DNA of 64,000 bases from an uncultured Chloroflexia bacterium (GTDB taxonomy: Bacteria; Chloroflexota; UBA6077; JACCZL01), in NCBI GenBank assembly GCA_963765765.1, contig CAVXYC010000020.1, forward strand, positions 608,001 to 672,000. Reading direction: 5' to 3'. The notes under the pieces were generated by a model. That model saw only the letters and a list, made by a program, of their open reading frames with translations, did not search any database and was not told the origin of the DNA. The position numbers were made by a program, and so were the translations under genes. This document shows, in pieces, positions 1-8,958 of the stretch (positions are counted from its first letter, which is position 1; each line of letters begins with the position of its first letter).

Positions 1-81
1 TTATGACAGCCAAACCGGTATACGTCAGCGGCCTTACGCGGACATCGGTGAACGAATTAGGGGGATGGTAAGTTCGCCAAG

Positions 82-123
82 GACGATCGCGGATGTCTGA
101 CATGTGACGATCGTGGATGTCTG
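82..123 (+). repeat. 18-bp direct repeat upstream of the tRNA-Lys fragment
   Basis: GACGATCGCGGATGTCTG (82-99) and GACGATCGTGGATGTCTG (106-123). Confidence 0.7.
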
Positions 124-139
124 TGGATAGTTCGCCTCG

Positions 140-160
140 GACTCTTAATCAGCCGGGTCG
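140..160 (+). pseudogene. tRNA-Lys(CTT) anticodon-arm fragment (probable att core)
   Basis: GACTCTTAATCAGCCGGGTCG resembles the tRNA-Lys anticodon loop CTCTTAA, 3' stem and variable region. No D arm or T arm is present. Confidence 0.45.
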
Positions 161-191
161 GGAAGCGGGGCCCGCGTGGCCGCCGAGATCC

Positions 192-292
192 TGACCACAA
201 TTACAGCGGTTGACCACAGTTCTCAGCGCACCTCCGCGGACACTGGTGCCCTAGTTTGACATCGGTGTGGACCTCCATGGACACCAGTGGAC
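192..292 (+). repeat. Integrase arm-type and RDF-type repeats
   Basis: TGACCACA at 192 and 211; TGGAC at 268, 278 and 288 (10-bp periodicity). Confidence 0.55.
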
Positions 293-301
293 GCCCTTCC
301 A

Positions 302-337
302 CTGAAATGGGGTTCAGGTGGTTGAGAGGTCGGGTCC
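302..337 (+). pseudogene. tRNA-Pro(GGG) 3'-half fragment (probable att core)
   Basis: CTGAAATGGGGTTCAGGTGGT resembles a tRNA-Pro GGG anticodon arm plus variable region; the T arm is degenerate. Confidence 0.45.
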
Positions 338-497
338 ATCGTAACATGCAGCGAGGCTGCTCAAACTGGAGCCATACTTCGACCGATAGTGAGCCCGGAT
401 CGCCCGACCACACAGATAGACCGGCTCAACGACTTACATGGGCGTGATGATCGCGCCGCGGGCATTCTCGTCCGCGACTTGCGGCAAGTTACCACCC

Positions 498-612
498 TGA
501 CAGTAAATTTGACAGTAGACAGGGCGGACTGACAGTAATGAGGGCGTTACTCCGGTGGACTCCCGCCGTACCGCTCCACGATGCCGGCGGATCAGCATGG
601 ACGGTTCTGGAC
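498..612 (+). repeat. Integrase arm-type repeats and TGGAC repeats
   Basis: TGACAGTA at 498, 510 and 530; TGGAC at 556, 598 and 608. Confidence 0.65.
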
Positions 613-618
613 ACACTC

Positions 619-670
619 GCCGATGTTTCGTAAACAGCAGGCCGTCGGTTCGAGTCCGACCATCGGCTCC
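619..670 (+). pseudogene. tRNA-Thr(CGT) 3' portion or D-arm-less fragment (att site)
   Basis: TGTTTCGTAAACAGC anticodon arm, perfect T arm GTCGG-TTCGAGT-CCGAC, acceptor 3' strand CATCGGC-TCC; D arm absent. Confidence 0.85.
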
Positions 671-685
671 GCGATTCTGAGATCA

Positions 686-719
686 AAAAGCCTCCAGCGT
701 CATTTCGCTGGAGGCTTTT
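686..719. terminator. Bidirectional intrinsic terminator
   Basis: AAAAGCCTCCAGCG-tcattt-CGCTGGAGGCTTTT between the tRNA fragment and the convergent integrase. Confidence 0.85.
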
Positions 720-1184
720 GAATGCTCAAGTGTAGCAACCGACTTCAAGATGCACGGTTCAAGCGCTTAGGGCTGCTCCGATTTGCTCGGCAGCGTCCCG
801 AGTCATTGATCCCGGAATGTGCGTGTAGACATTTAGAGTGGTTCGAATATCAGCATGGCCGAGAAGCTCCATCGCCATTCGCGCGGGCACACCACGTGCC
901 GCAAGGAGGAATGCGGCACCATGACGAAGATCATGAAAACACATATGCGCCAAGCCAGCCTTACCCAAGAGTCTCTGGAAGCGCTTGGTGCCGGCTACGC
1001 TATCCAGTGACGCTTCCCTCCGTGTTGTGAATACGTATCCGGAGTCACACCAATTCGCTCCAGCCCACAGGCGGTCCTCCGCCTGGCGGATCTTGTCCTG
1101 CCGCAAGCATCATTGACGAACTGTGAATCGGTATGGAGCGACGGGATTGCCGTGTTTTGGGCGCAACTCGGACAAGCGTTCCCT

Positions 1185-2703
1185 GGGTGCGCCCAAAACT
1201 TGTGACGTTTTTCACCTCTAGGCCGCCTTGGCCCGCTGGGTGGCGTGTTGAGCACAGAGAACGATGAGTGCCTGGCCGCCACGCTCGGACCAGCGGCAGC
1301 CAGAACGCTTCAGCCGCTGCTGAATGACGTGTTTGGCGCTCGATTCCACCGCCCCGGAGCCGATCGGGTACCCGGCGGCGCGATACTCCGGATACCGCAT
1401 GCGCGCGCGATTGGTCTGGAAATAGGCCCGTTCCGTGGCGAGCGTCGCGCGCGCTGCGTCCGTGTCCGGGTCGACATCGCGGAGTCGCTCCAGCAGCGCT
1501 GCCGCCCCTGCCTCATACAGCCCCGTGAGACTTGCCTCGGCCCAGGTCGTCGCCGCGGCCGTGCCGTCGCCGTACACCGCCCGGGCCACCGTCCAGACGT
1601 GCTCTGCGGCGTGGTACCAGTCGACGATCTCGATCCGTTCACCGAACTGCTCCGCGGCGGCGGTCCAGATCCAGCGCGCTCCATCCCCGAGCACCAGCAC
1701 CCGCCGCAGCGTGGCCATGCCCGGCTCCACGCCACTGCCCGCATAGGCGACCTCCTCCAGCCCGCCCCGCCGCGCGACCTCGGCGCCCCAGCGCCCGGCC
1801 CAGTCCACCACCGCGGCGCGGGCCGCGACGTAGCTTGGCGCGGTCACATGCCGCTGGTCGTGCGGCCGGCTCGGATCCCAGCCGCCGACCACGCCGAGCT
1901 TCACCTCATGCCACCCATCCTGATAGCGCACCATGACGCCATCCGTTTCCGCGACCAGCTGATCGGGCGCCGGATCGACCGGTCCGACGGGCGCCTTGGT
2001 GCGTTCGACGATCGCCGCCTCATCCCGCAGCTGCGCGTCGAGGACAGCACCGACCGTTTCCGTGGTGCGGCGCACCGTCTCGGCGCTCACGGCGATACCG
2101 GTCAGCATGGTCAGTTGCTCCGTGGCCGTGTCGAACGGCATCAGCGTGCCCAACGTCACCAGCCACTCCTGGAGGCTGGCGCTCATGCGCTGCTGGGGCT
2201 GCACGCCGAGCGTCTGATCGGTGGGGCTCCAGCTCGCGCGGCAGGCCGGGCACTGGGCCCAGGGTCGCTCCCAGCGCACCGGACCGCAGGTGGTGTGCAT
2301 CTGCCGTACGCGCCAGCCGCGCCGCCGACCCAGCCCGCCACACGCCGGGCAGCGCGGGCGATCGCGACGCATGCCCGGATCGAGCGTCCGCTGGGTCCCT
2401 GTGATCAGTCCACCGACGAGTCGCGGAGCCAGGGCGCGGAGACCGTCGCGGACCACGGTCTCGAGCGCGCCGAGATCCGCGTCACGATGCTCCGCCGCCC
2501 AGGCCGCGAGATCGTGCACGAACGTGTCCAGCGGTGCAACAATGGCGTCGGGAAGGGTCGACCTGTCCATTGCAGGCGTCCTTTCTTGCGCTCTCCGGGA
2601 CGGCTTCCATGTCCCGGAGAGCTTCCGATCAGAATGCCCCGAGCCTAGCCCAGGTCTGCGGTCACCAGCCCACCCGGCCCGTGCACAAGTTTGCGGCGCA
2701 CCC
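1185..2703 (-). mobile_element. Complete ISKra4/ISLre2-type insertion sequence (1519 bp)
   Basis: Terminal IRs GGGTGCGCCcaAAACTTGTG and GGGTGCGCCgcAAACTTGTG; perfect 9-bp target duplication GCGTTCCCT (1176-1184, 2704-2712). Confidence 0.95.
1218..2570 (-). CDS. ISKra4-family (IS256/Mutator-like DDE) transposase
   Basis: 450 aa; CPACG zinc ribbon, ETDG, GDGARWIW, DWYHAAEH and IGSGAVES motifs. Confidence 0.92.
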   Translation of the reverse strand: MDRSTLPDAIVAPLDTFVHDLAAWAAEHRDADLGALETVVRDGLRALAPRLVGGLITGTQRTLDPGMRRDRPRCPACGGLGRRRGWRVRQMHTTCGPVRWERPWAQCPACRASWSPTDQTLGVQPQQRMSASLQEWLVTLGTLMPFDTATEQLTMLTGIAVSAETVRRTTETVGAVLDAQLRDEAAIVERTKAPVGPVDPAPDQLVAETDGVMVRYQDGWHEVKLGVVGGWDPSRPHDQRHVTAPSYVAARAAVVDWAGRWGAEVARRGGLEEVAYAGSGVEPGMATLRRVLVLGDGARWIWTAAAEQFGERIEIVDWYHAAEHVWTVARAVYGDGTAAATTWAEASLTGLYEAGAAALLERLRDVDPDTDAARATLATERAYFQTNRARMRYPEYRAAGYPIGSGAVESSAKHVIQQRLKRSGCRWSERGGQALIVLCAQHATQRAKAA

Positions 2704-3212
2704 GCGTTCCCTTTACCCGTTGAAGTGAACCAGTGACATGAAGTAGCTTGGCTTGCCGATCGATATCCGACCAGCGGAGGCCTAGCAACTCAACTTGTCG
2801 AAGCCCGAGTGCAAGGGCCAGTACAAAGGCGAATTCGAGGCGGTCACCCGTACTGCGCCAAGAACCGCCCGAGCGTCCTCTTCAGTGATTGCTCGACGTT
2901 CGCCGGCTTCAATCCGAGGCGGATCAGCAAGGGCAGCGACGTTCCGGGTAACCAGCCCCCACCGAAGAGCTCTGTTGAGCGCAATCCTTAACACGGAGCG
3001 CATGTGGGGCACCGTAGGATCACTTAGCCCCTGCACTTGTTTTCGATTCAGCATGGATTGCACGTTCTTACACCTGCTACAAAAGCGACATATGCGACAT
3101 ATCTGAACTGAAACATCGCCCCCGCCATAGCGGCGGGGAGCGGGATGGTGGGATTTTTCTAAGGGATTGACTCCATTCGACTTGCCGAGTACCGTTGACG
3201 CGCAGAGAAGGG

Positions 3213-3690
3213 ATGCGGTGGAATTCCTCGGTCCTGGCGGCTTTTTCGCTCCTGATCATCATGGCAAGCGGTTGCGGGATCACCAGCCCTTCAACACAGC
3301 CCGCAGCGACCCAAGCACCAGCAAAGCCAACTGAAGCTCCGAAACCCGCAGCCGCGGTACCGACACAGGTGCCCAGCACAACCGCCCAAGCCACTCCGTC
3401 AGTGCCTGAGCGTGTCCACGTGGGCAAACACGGACGGCGAGGGTGTCTTTGTGCGCCGTACACCCACCCAGATTGATCGCGTCAAGGCATTCAGCGATGC
3501 CACGGCCTTGGATGTCACAGGGCCGTTGATCCAGGCCGAAGGTATAACGCGGCTGCCTGTGCGAGCCCCGGTTGGGACTGTGGGCTTTCTTCCCGAGCGC
3601 TATACGGCCCGTAACCGCCCCTTCCGCCGCCCGTGGCAGCAGCGACGGCCAATCCGACCACGAAGGGGGACGGGTGCAACGCTTGCGTGA
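3213..3690 (+). CDS. Lipoprotein with Pro/Thr/Ala linker and SH3-like domain (frameshift ~3425)
   Basis: Signal peptide ending ASGC, low-complexity linker, then ANTDGEGVFVRRTP...VRAPVGTVGFLP in the shifted frame. Confidence 0.65.
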
Positions 3691-3699
3691 CCTGCCGAA

Positions 3700-4100
3700 T
3701 GTCGGTTCCAACGCCGCCTTTGGGTCCACCTCCAGTGATAGGCAAGCGTGTGACCGAGGACAAGCTCACGGGGAACAACTTCGGGCCGCTGGATTCACGA
3801 TCAGCCTGGCACTTGCGGTGCCTTTCGTGCGGCGGATCCCCTGCCAGGTGGATCGCACCAGCTGGTGACTCCGCGGCGATGCATGGCCGGCGGTCACGTG
3901 GGCCTCGGAGATCGCTGCCAGGCGTCGCTCCAGCGTAGTCGTCCGGTGCTGGCTCGTGTGGGCAGTTAGTTAGTAGGCGACGGTCTCGGCCGTCGCGGGC
4001 AGAGTGGTCCGCCCGTGCTCAGCGCACCAGGTACTGAAATACTGCCAGTCGGAGCGATAGGCCCGCAGCGTGTTCGCGGCCTTGTGCTGGCAATGTAATT
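3700..4100 (-). pseudogene. Cre/TnpS-like site-specific recombinase, N-terminal relic
   Basis: KAANTLRAYRSDWQYFSTWC...LPATAETVA, continuing in another frame as TTLERRLAAISEAH...WQGIRRTKGTA. Confidence 0.75.
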
Positions 4101-4170
4101 TCTCGTCTGCTCGACGCTCACGGCGAGCGCGCCGTCTTCGGTGTGGCGAGCAGCGTCCCGGTCTCATGGT

Positions 4171-4437
4171 TCATGATTCGAGGTCCACCCAGTCGACGGC
4201 CGCGAGGGTGGCTTCGAGATCATCGCCGCGGCCGGTGGTGATGTTGTCACCAGCGCTGGCAATGACACTGTAACGCCGTCCGCTGGGGGCAGTCAGGCCG
4301 GCATCACGCACTTCCACGGTGGCCTCGTAGACCGTGCCGTCTTTTCCCTTGCGGAGGCCGGTAAACGTCTCCACGTGGCTGGCCTCGAAGAATCCGCCCT
4401 TCGCCTTAATCGATTCCAGAACGTCCAGCGTATCCAT
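4171..4437 (-). CDS. Hypothetical protein (88 aa)
   Basis: ATG with a purine-rich upstream stretch; globular-looking composition. Confidence 0.6.
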   Translation of the reverse strand: MDTLDVLESIKAKGGFFEASHVETFTGLRKGKDGTVYEATVEVRDAGLTAPSGRRYSVIASAGDNITTGRGDDLEATLAAVDWVDLES

Positions 4438-4529
4438 AGCTTCCCTACTCTGTAACTAGTGATAACGTTTCCTTATCGTTGGCTACGATAATCGCGCTAG
4501 GCGCATGGGTCAAGCTGCTGTCTGGCGAC

Positions 4530-4712
4530 GGGTGTGCCCAGAACTTGTGCAACCCGTCCGGGCGTGGCAGTGACCCGTGATAGGACTCGCAGTAGTGGTG
4601 GGACAAGGCAACTCGCCTAACCGGTCTCCGCTCTCGCCAGGCAGAACGGACAGGCCAGGTGCCTCTCCGAAGAGTACGGACCGAAGAAATGTCACAGGTT
4701 TTGGGCGCACCC
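4530..4712. mobile_element. 183-bp MITE related to the ISKra4 element
   Basis: Ends GGGTGTGCCCAGAACTTGTG and CACAGGTTTTGGGCGCACCC match the IS IRs; flanked by TCTGGCGAC/TCTGGCGAT (8 of 9 identical). Confidence 0.9.
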
Positions 4713-5440
4713 TCTGGCGATGGAAATGGCAGATGATTACCTGTTTGATCCGTTACACCTTAGGCCAGCCATCAAGGAGTCCTGACGACGCGTGGCAGAG
4801 CGCCTGGTCGGCCCATACGATCGCGAGCGCCGACCGCACCTGGATTCCTGGTTCGAGGACCGCATTCAGTTAACCGGGCTCGTCCGGCCGACGTCCGCCG
4901 CGCATGCGCTGTCCCCGGAAGGATTTTCCGCCGCAGCTTGAGGTGGCTGAGCAAGCGCGGAGTACAGCACTGTACAGCGCCCCCAGCCACCAGTCCGTAA
5001 CTGAGGTGCCGGGCCAACTCGCCGACGGCCGGGACGATTCCGACGCCCAGGCCCCCGAGCCCGCGCCGAGCAATGGCAGGATGACGAAGAGCGAGATAGG
5101 CACGAGGCCGAGGCCGTATAGGGCGCCAGTGTAAGGATTGCACTCTCAGAATTCTGGGAAGCGCTTGTACCGATTCCTGCTTTTCGTAATAGGGCGTCAA
5201 GACCGGCAGTAGATCGCGGGGCGGTCACGATTCTGCCTCTGGGTCAGATCCCTGACGAGCTGAGATTATAGCCCGCGGCCACGGCTGGTGGACTCCGCAT
5301 CGTGCCGCCCACCGCCTGGGAGAGAGCAATGACTGGGCGGGGAAGAACAGCCCATGCCGCATTGCTGAGGTCTTCGCATGTAACAGAAACGGTCCGAGCT
5401 GACCTAGGCGAGTACAGAGTCTGAGTCTAGGAGGCATGCG

Positions 5441-6049
5441 ATGCCTAACATCGTCGATAAGCCATTCTTCGATGACGATATTTCTTCCAAAGAAAACAGC
5501 AATTCCCCGCTGAACGACCAGCGATTAGACCCACTGTCGCCGCTCAAGCCTGGAATGCTCGAAAGCGTAGCTCGCCCCAAGGACAACGCCCTGGAACCGA
5601 TCACACGACTCGTCCAGCGCGCCCGGCCGGCCATGAGCCTAGCCATGTTCACAGCGGGACTTGCCACGCTTGTCAGTATCCCCTCGATCGCCCTAGCGGA
5701 CCTGTCCAATAGCGCGACCGTCAACTTTGGCAATCCCAGTGCGCCGGGCATCGACCAGAACTGCATCCAGCGCGACGAGGCGTGTGGGAACGCCTTTCAC
5801 AAGATGGTCCCCGGCGCCGTCACCATCGACGGGCCTGGGACCGTGACCTTCCAGCACATCGGGCGTCACCAACTCGCGGTCTACCAACCTGGCACCAAGC
5901 CGACTGACATTAATATCAAGGAGCTTCGCCCTGTGACGACCAATGCCCCAGTCATCGTGACATTCAGTGAGGCCGGCAAGTACCTGGTGATCTGCAACAT
6001 CGTCGGCCACTGGCAAGACAACATGTGGGGCTGGGTCACGGTCGAATAA
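5441..6049 (+). CDS. Secreted cupredoxin (plastocyanin/azurin-like); true start probably downstream
   Basis: Signal-like segment ending SIALA; type-1 copper ligand pattern GRHQ...GKYLVICNIVGHWQDNMWG. Confidence 0.8.
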   Translation: MPNIVDKPFFDDDISSKENSNSPLNDQRLDPLSPLKPGMLESVARPKDNALEPITRLVQRARPAMSLAMFTAGLATLVSIPSIALADLSNSATVNFGNPSAPGIDQNCIQRDEACGNAFHKMVPGAVTIDGPGTVTFQHIGRHQLAVYQPGTKPTDINIKELRPVTTNAPVIVTFSEAGKYLVICNIVGHWQDNMWGWVTVE

Positions 6050-6420
6050 GGCGGTGTGCACCCATCCGATCTGAAGAAAGTCTCGGATGGGTCAACAGAA
6101 TCCGATCTTGTGTTCTGTCATCGCAAGAAGGTTACGCGCCGGTTTTTGATGAGCTCCACAGACAGCGAGCGACCACGATGAGGAGCTGCCGCCTGACGAG
6201 GAGAAGATCCAGGAGGCGGCGAGGCGAACGACAAGTCCAGACCAGCCGGCAGGGGTTCGGGAAACACGCCCCGTTCGATAGCTGAAGGGGCGATTAGCCC
6301 CGGTAGCGCCTGACGAGACAGGGTGCGCGCAGCCCCGCCGCGCTTGATGACGGCGTCCTGCATCGCTTCAATCGTAGACATGCCGCGGCGAAGGAGTCTG
6401 GGGAAGAGACGGCTATGAGG

Positions 6421-6993
6421 ATGTACCACGAGGGGCAGCGGGAGTTGCAGGATCGCTACGGCGGACGTGCCATGGCCGATCGACTCGAAGAGCACCGCAT
6501 GCACCGGGTCTTCACCGACGTCGACCGGGAGATGGTTGAGACGGTGCGCTTCTTCTTCTTTCTCGCCACCGCCTGAGACGGCACGGTGGACTGCTCGATG
6601 AAAGGCGGACTCCCGGAATTCGTTCGGGTAACCGGTCCGAATGAGCTTACATGGCCTGATTACGATGGGAACCGCATGTACCGCAGTCTCGGAAGCATTA
6701 CCAAGATCCCTGCCGTTGGGCTCTTGTTTATCACGTTCGACTCGGCGAGCACACGACTTCGTATAAGCGGGACCGCACCGTCGATGAGAGTGCTGAGGCC
6801 AGCATGGATCCTCCCGGTGCGCAACGGCTCGTACGCGTCACTGCCACGCACATCTTCTACATTGCCCGCGATACACGTGGAAATTGAGCTCATCGAGGAG
6901 TCAGTCCATTCCCCTGGGACCAACTACACGCATCCGGAGCCGGAATGGAAACGACGCGACTATATCCGCGATGTCCTCCACGAATCATCCTGA
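6421..6993 (+). pseudogene. Pyridoxamine 5'-phosphate oxidase-family FMN-binding protein, disrupted
   Basis: MYHEGQRELQDRY...FFLATA*DGTVDCSMKGG...WPDYDGNRMYRSLG; in-frame TGA ~6574 and a later frameshift. Confidence 0.75.
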
Positions 6994-7313
6994 ACAATAA
7001 ATCTCGAAGGATTGTCCGTCTTCACGATGAGGGCATCGGTCGCCGCTGCTACCCTAATCCGCGGCGGCCTTCTGCTCCGCCCGGCCTGAACTGCGGTCGG
7101 CGGATCTGTTCACTCTGACCGAGAAAATGGAGGCGTGGATTACGCGCGGGGCCTAACCCACCCGTCGATGGCGAACGCACTCAACCCGCTTCCACGTGCT
7201 GATGCTGATGCACGTTATCTCAATACCACGCCTGTGAAGGCGTCCTCGCCAGCGCTTTCATTTACCTGACATGACCCATTGCGGAGCTGGGCAGCTCGAA
7301 TTTCGATCGCCTG

Positions 7314-8519
7314 CTAACGGCCTGGTAGCTGCACAGGCGGCTGGCGCCGGTCGTCCCCCGTGCTCGCGGGCGAGCGGAAACGCCATAGGCCCCGGTCGGT
7401 CGCGGCGTAGAGATAGAGGCCATCCACGCCGAGCGCCAGGTCCGCGATCTGGGCGAGGCCACGCCCGCCCAGATCGCTCCAGGTCGCGCCGCCGTCTCGG
7501 CTGGCCTGCACCCAGCTGCCGGTGTGGGTCCGACGAAACACCTCGTCGTCGTAGCCATTGAGGCCGACGTACACGAGATCCGGCGCTCCGGCGTCGTACG
7601 CCAGGCCACCTGTGCTGACATTCGGCGCCGGCCCTTGCGGGGACTCGCGACGCGGGAAGCTGAGCACCTCCGTCCAGGCGCGCCCGTCGTCACCGCTGCG
7701 GAAGAGTGCCGCACCGCCGATCCGGACATCGCGATTCGCGGCCAGGAAATAGCGGCCCGGCGCGGTGCCCCGGCCCCCGACGAGCCTCGCGGGGAACGCG
7801 AACTGGGCATCGCCAAAGCTGCTCGCACCGAACACCCCACTCCAGCTGTCGCCCCGGTCCGCGCTGTGCTCAAGCGAGTCGCTGAAGTCGCGGCCGGCGT
7901 AACAGCCGGCGGAGCGGAACACGCGGTTCGGGTCCGCCGGGTGCGGCTCGAGGATGCGCACGCCCCACCCGCAGAGGGTATTGTGATGCTCCTCAAGCTG
8001 TTGCCAGCTCGCCCCCCCATCGTCACTGCGGATGAAGCGGAAATCGGCCGAGATATCCGGGCGAGCCGCCAGGCCCAGATAGAGTACATCACGATCAGCG
8101 GGACTCACCGCGATCGCCCGAGCCGATTCGGTACTCGGGAGCAGGAGTATCCAGGAGGCCGCATCGTCCACGGTGCGATGCAAGCCATCGCTTCCCCAGA
8201 AGTACAGGACGGAGTGGTCGAGGGGGTCCACCGCCACGCGCCAGGCCCGAGTATCGTCCTGCTTCCGTGGCAGCTCCACCGGTCGCCAGGCCGTCCCGCC
8301 ATCGTCGCTCCGCAGGAGGCCGGATGCGATTACGGCGAACAGAGCGCCGCTCGCGGGGGTAAAGAGCTGGAGGACGGGCTCGCTGAGCCCGGTCTGCTCC
8401 CAGTCTCCCTCGGCGTGCGCCGGCACGCCGAGGCTCTCGCCCACATCCAAAGTCAGCACCAATGCGATTACCACCAGCGCCGCTAGCCAGCGCACAACCA
8501 GGAGTCTGCCGACCCTCAT
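7314..8519 (-). CDS. Secreted BNR/Asp-box beta-propeller protein
   Basis: Signal peptide; repeated RSDDGGTAW, RSDDGGASW, SADRGDSW and SRDGGATW Asp-boxes. Confidence 0.85.
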   Translation of the reverse strand: MRVGRLLVVRWLAALVVIALVLTLDVGESLGVPAHAEGDWEQTGLSEPVLQLFTPASGALFAVIASGLLRSDDGGTAWRPVELPRKQDDTRAWRVAVDPLDHSVLYFWGSDGLHRTVDDAASWILLLPSTESARAIAVSPADRDVLYLGLAARPDISADFRFIRSDDGGASWQQLEEHHNTLCGWGVRILEPHPADPNRVFRSAGCYAGRDFSDSLEHSADRGDSWSGVFGASSFGDAQFAFPARLVGGRGTAPGRYFLAANRDVRIGGAALFRSGDDGRAWTEVLSFPRRESPQGPAPNVSTGGLAYDAGAPDLVYVGLNGYDDEVFRRTHTGSWVQASRDGGATWSDLGGRGLAQIADLALGVDGLYLYAATDRGLWRFRSPASTGDDRRQPPVQLPGR

Positions 8520-8958
8520 GGGTTGCTCCCCTTCCTGTTCGAGACCGGTTGGCCGCCGGGCGGGTGCAGCCCAGCCGTGACCATGACGATGCGGCACCAA
8601 TCCATGCCGCCAAGCCGCCGGTTCTCCGTACCGTTCTGGTGCCGCCTTGAACTGCGGCACTGCGGTGACCAAAGCCGCGTCTCGGGCGGCCGCTCAGTCA
8701 GGACTCCCTTCACGCGGCACTACCCTCGCTCTCACCCGCGGGCGGGACGGCTCAGGCCTGGAGTCCAAGCCCTACCCGGGGCGACCATCCGGTGCCCCGC
8801 TCCCCCGCGTTCGACTTCATCGTGCGCTTAAAGGTCGGAGCAGTCAATCCCGCGCGGGGGCGGCCCATACGTCTATGGTTGGTACTTGCGAACCCGCCGC
8901 TGTGTAAGCCCCAGTGCGAGACGAGCGGCCGCTCGTAAATCGAGAGATTCTGGCCGAA

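Larger units (their letters stand above)
759..3063 (-). pseudogene. Phage/ICE-type tyrosine integrase, IS-interrupted and frameshifted
   Basis: C-terminal part 759-1106 has FHDLRH...LGHADIRTTLNVYTH. Upstream part 2782-3063 has ALNRALRWGLVTRNVAALADPP. Removing the IS rejoins LQRVKGTLVRVAPKTRQSRRSI. Confidence 0.9.

Noticed and set aside
1-620. Short repeats as a CRISPR array
   Set aside because: The repeats are 5-18 bp with irregular spacing and no cas genes; they fit att-site architecture better.
4530-4712. Group II intron 5' fragment (GTGTG start)
   Set aside because: Fully explained by the ISKra4-type IRs and target duplication; no domain V or reverse transcriptase.
6574-6576. In-frame TGA in the PNPOx-family gene as selenocysteine
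   Set aside because: The position is not an evident Cys site, no SECIS-like hairpin is obvious, and the gene has a further frameshift. A nonsense mutation or error is more likely.
7080-7156. Uma2-like endonuclease remnant (ELRSADLFTLTEKMEAWITRGA)
   Set aside because: Too short to support as a feature.
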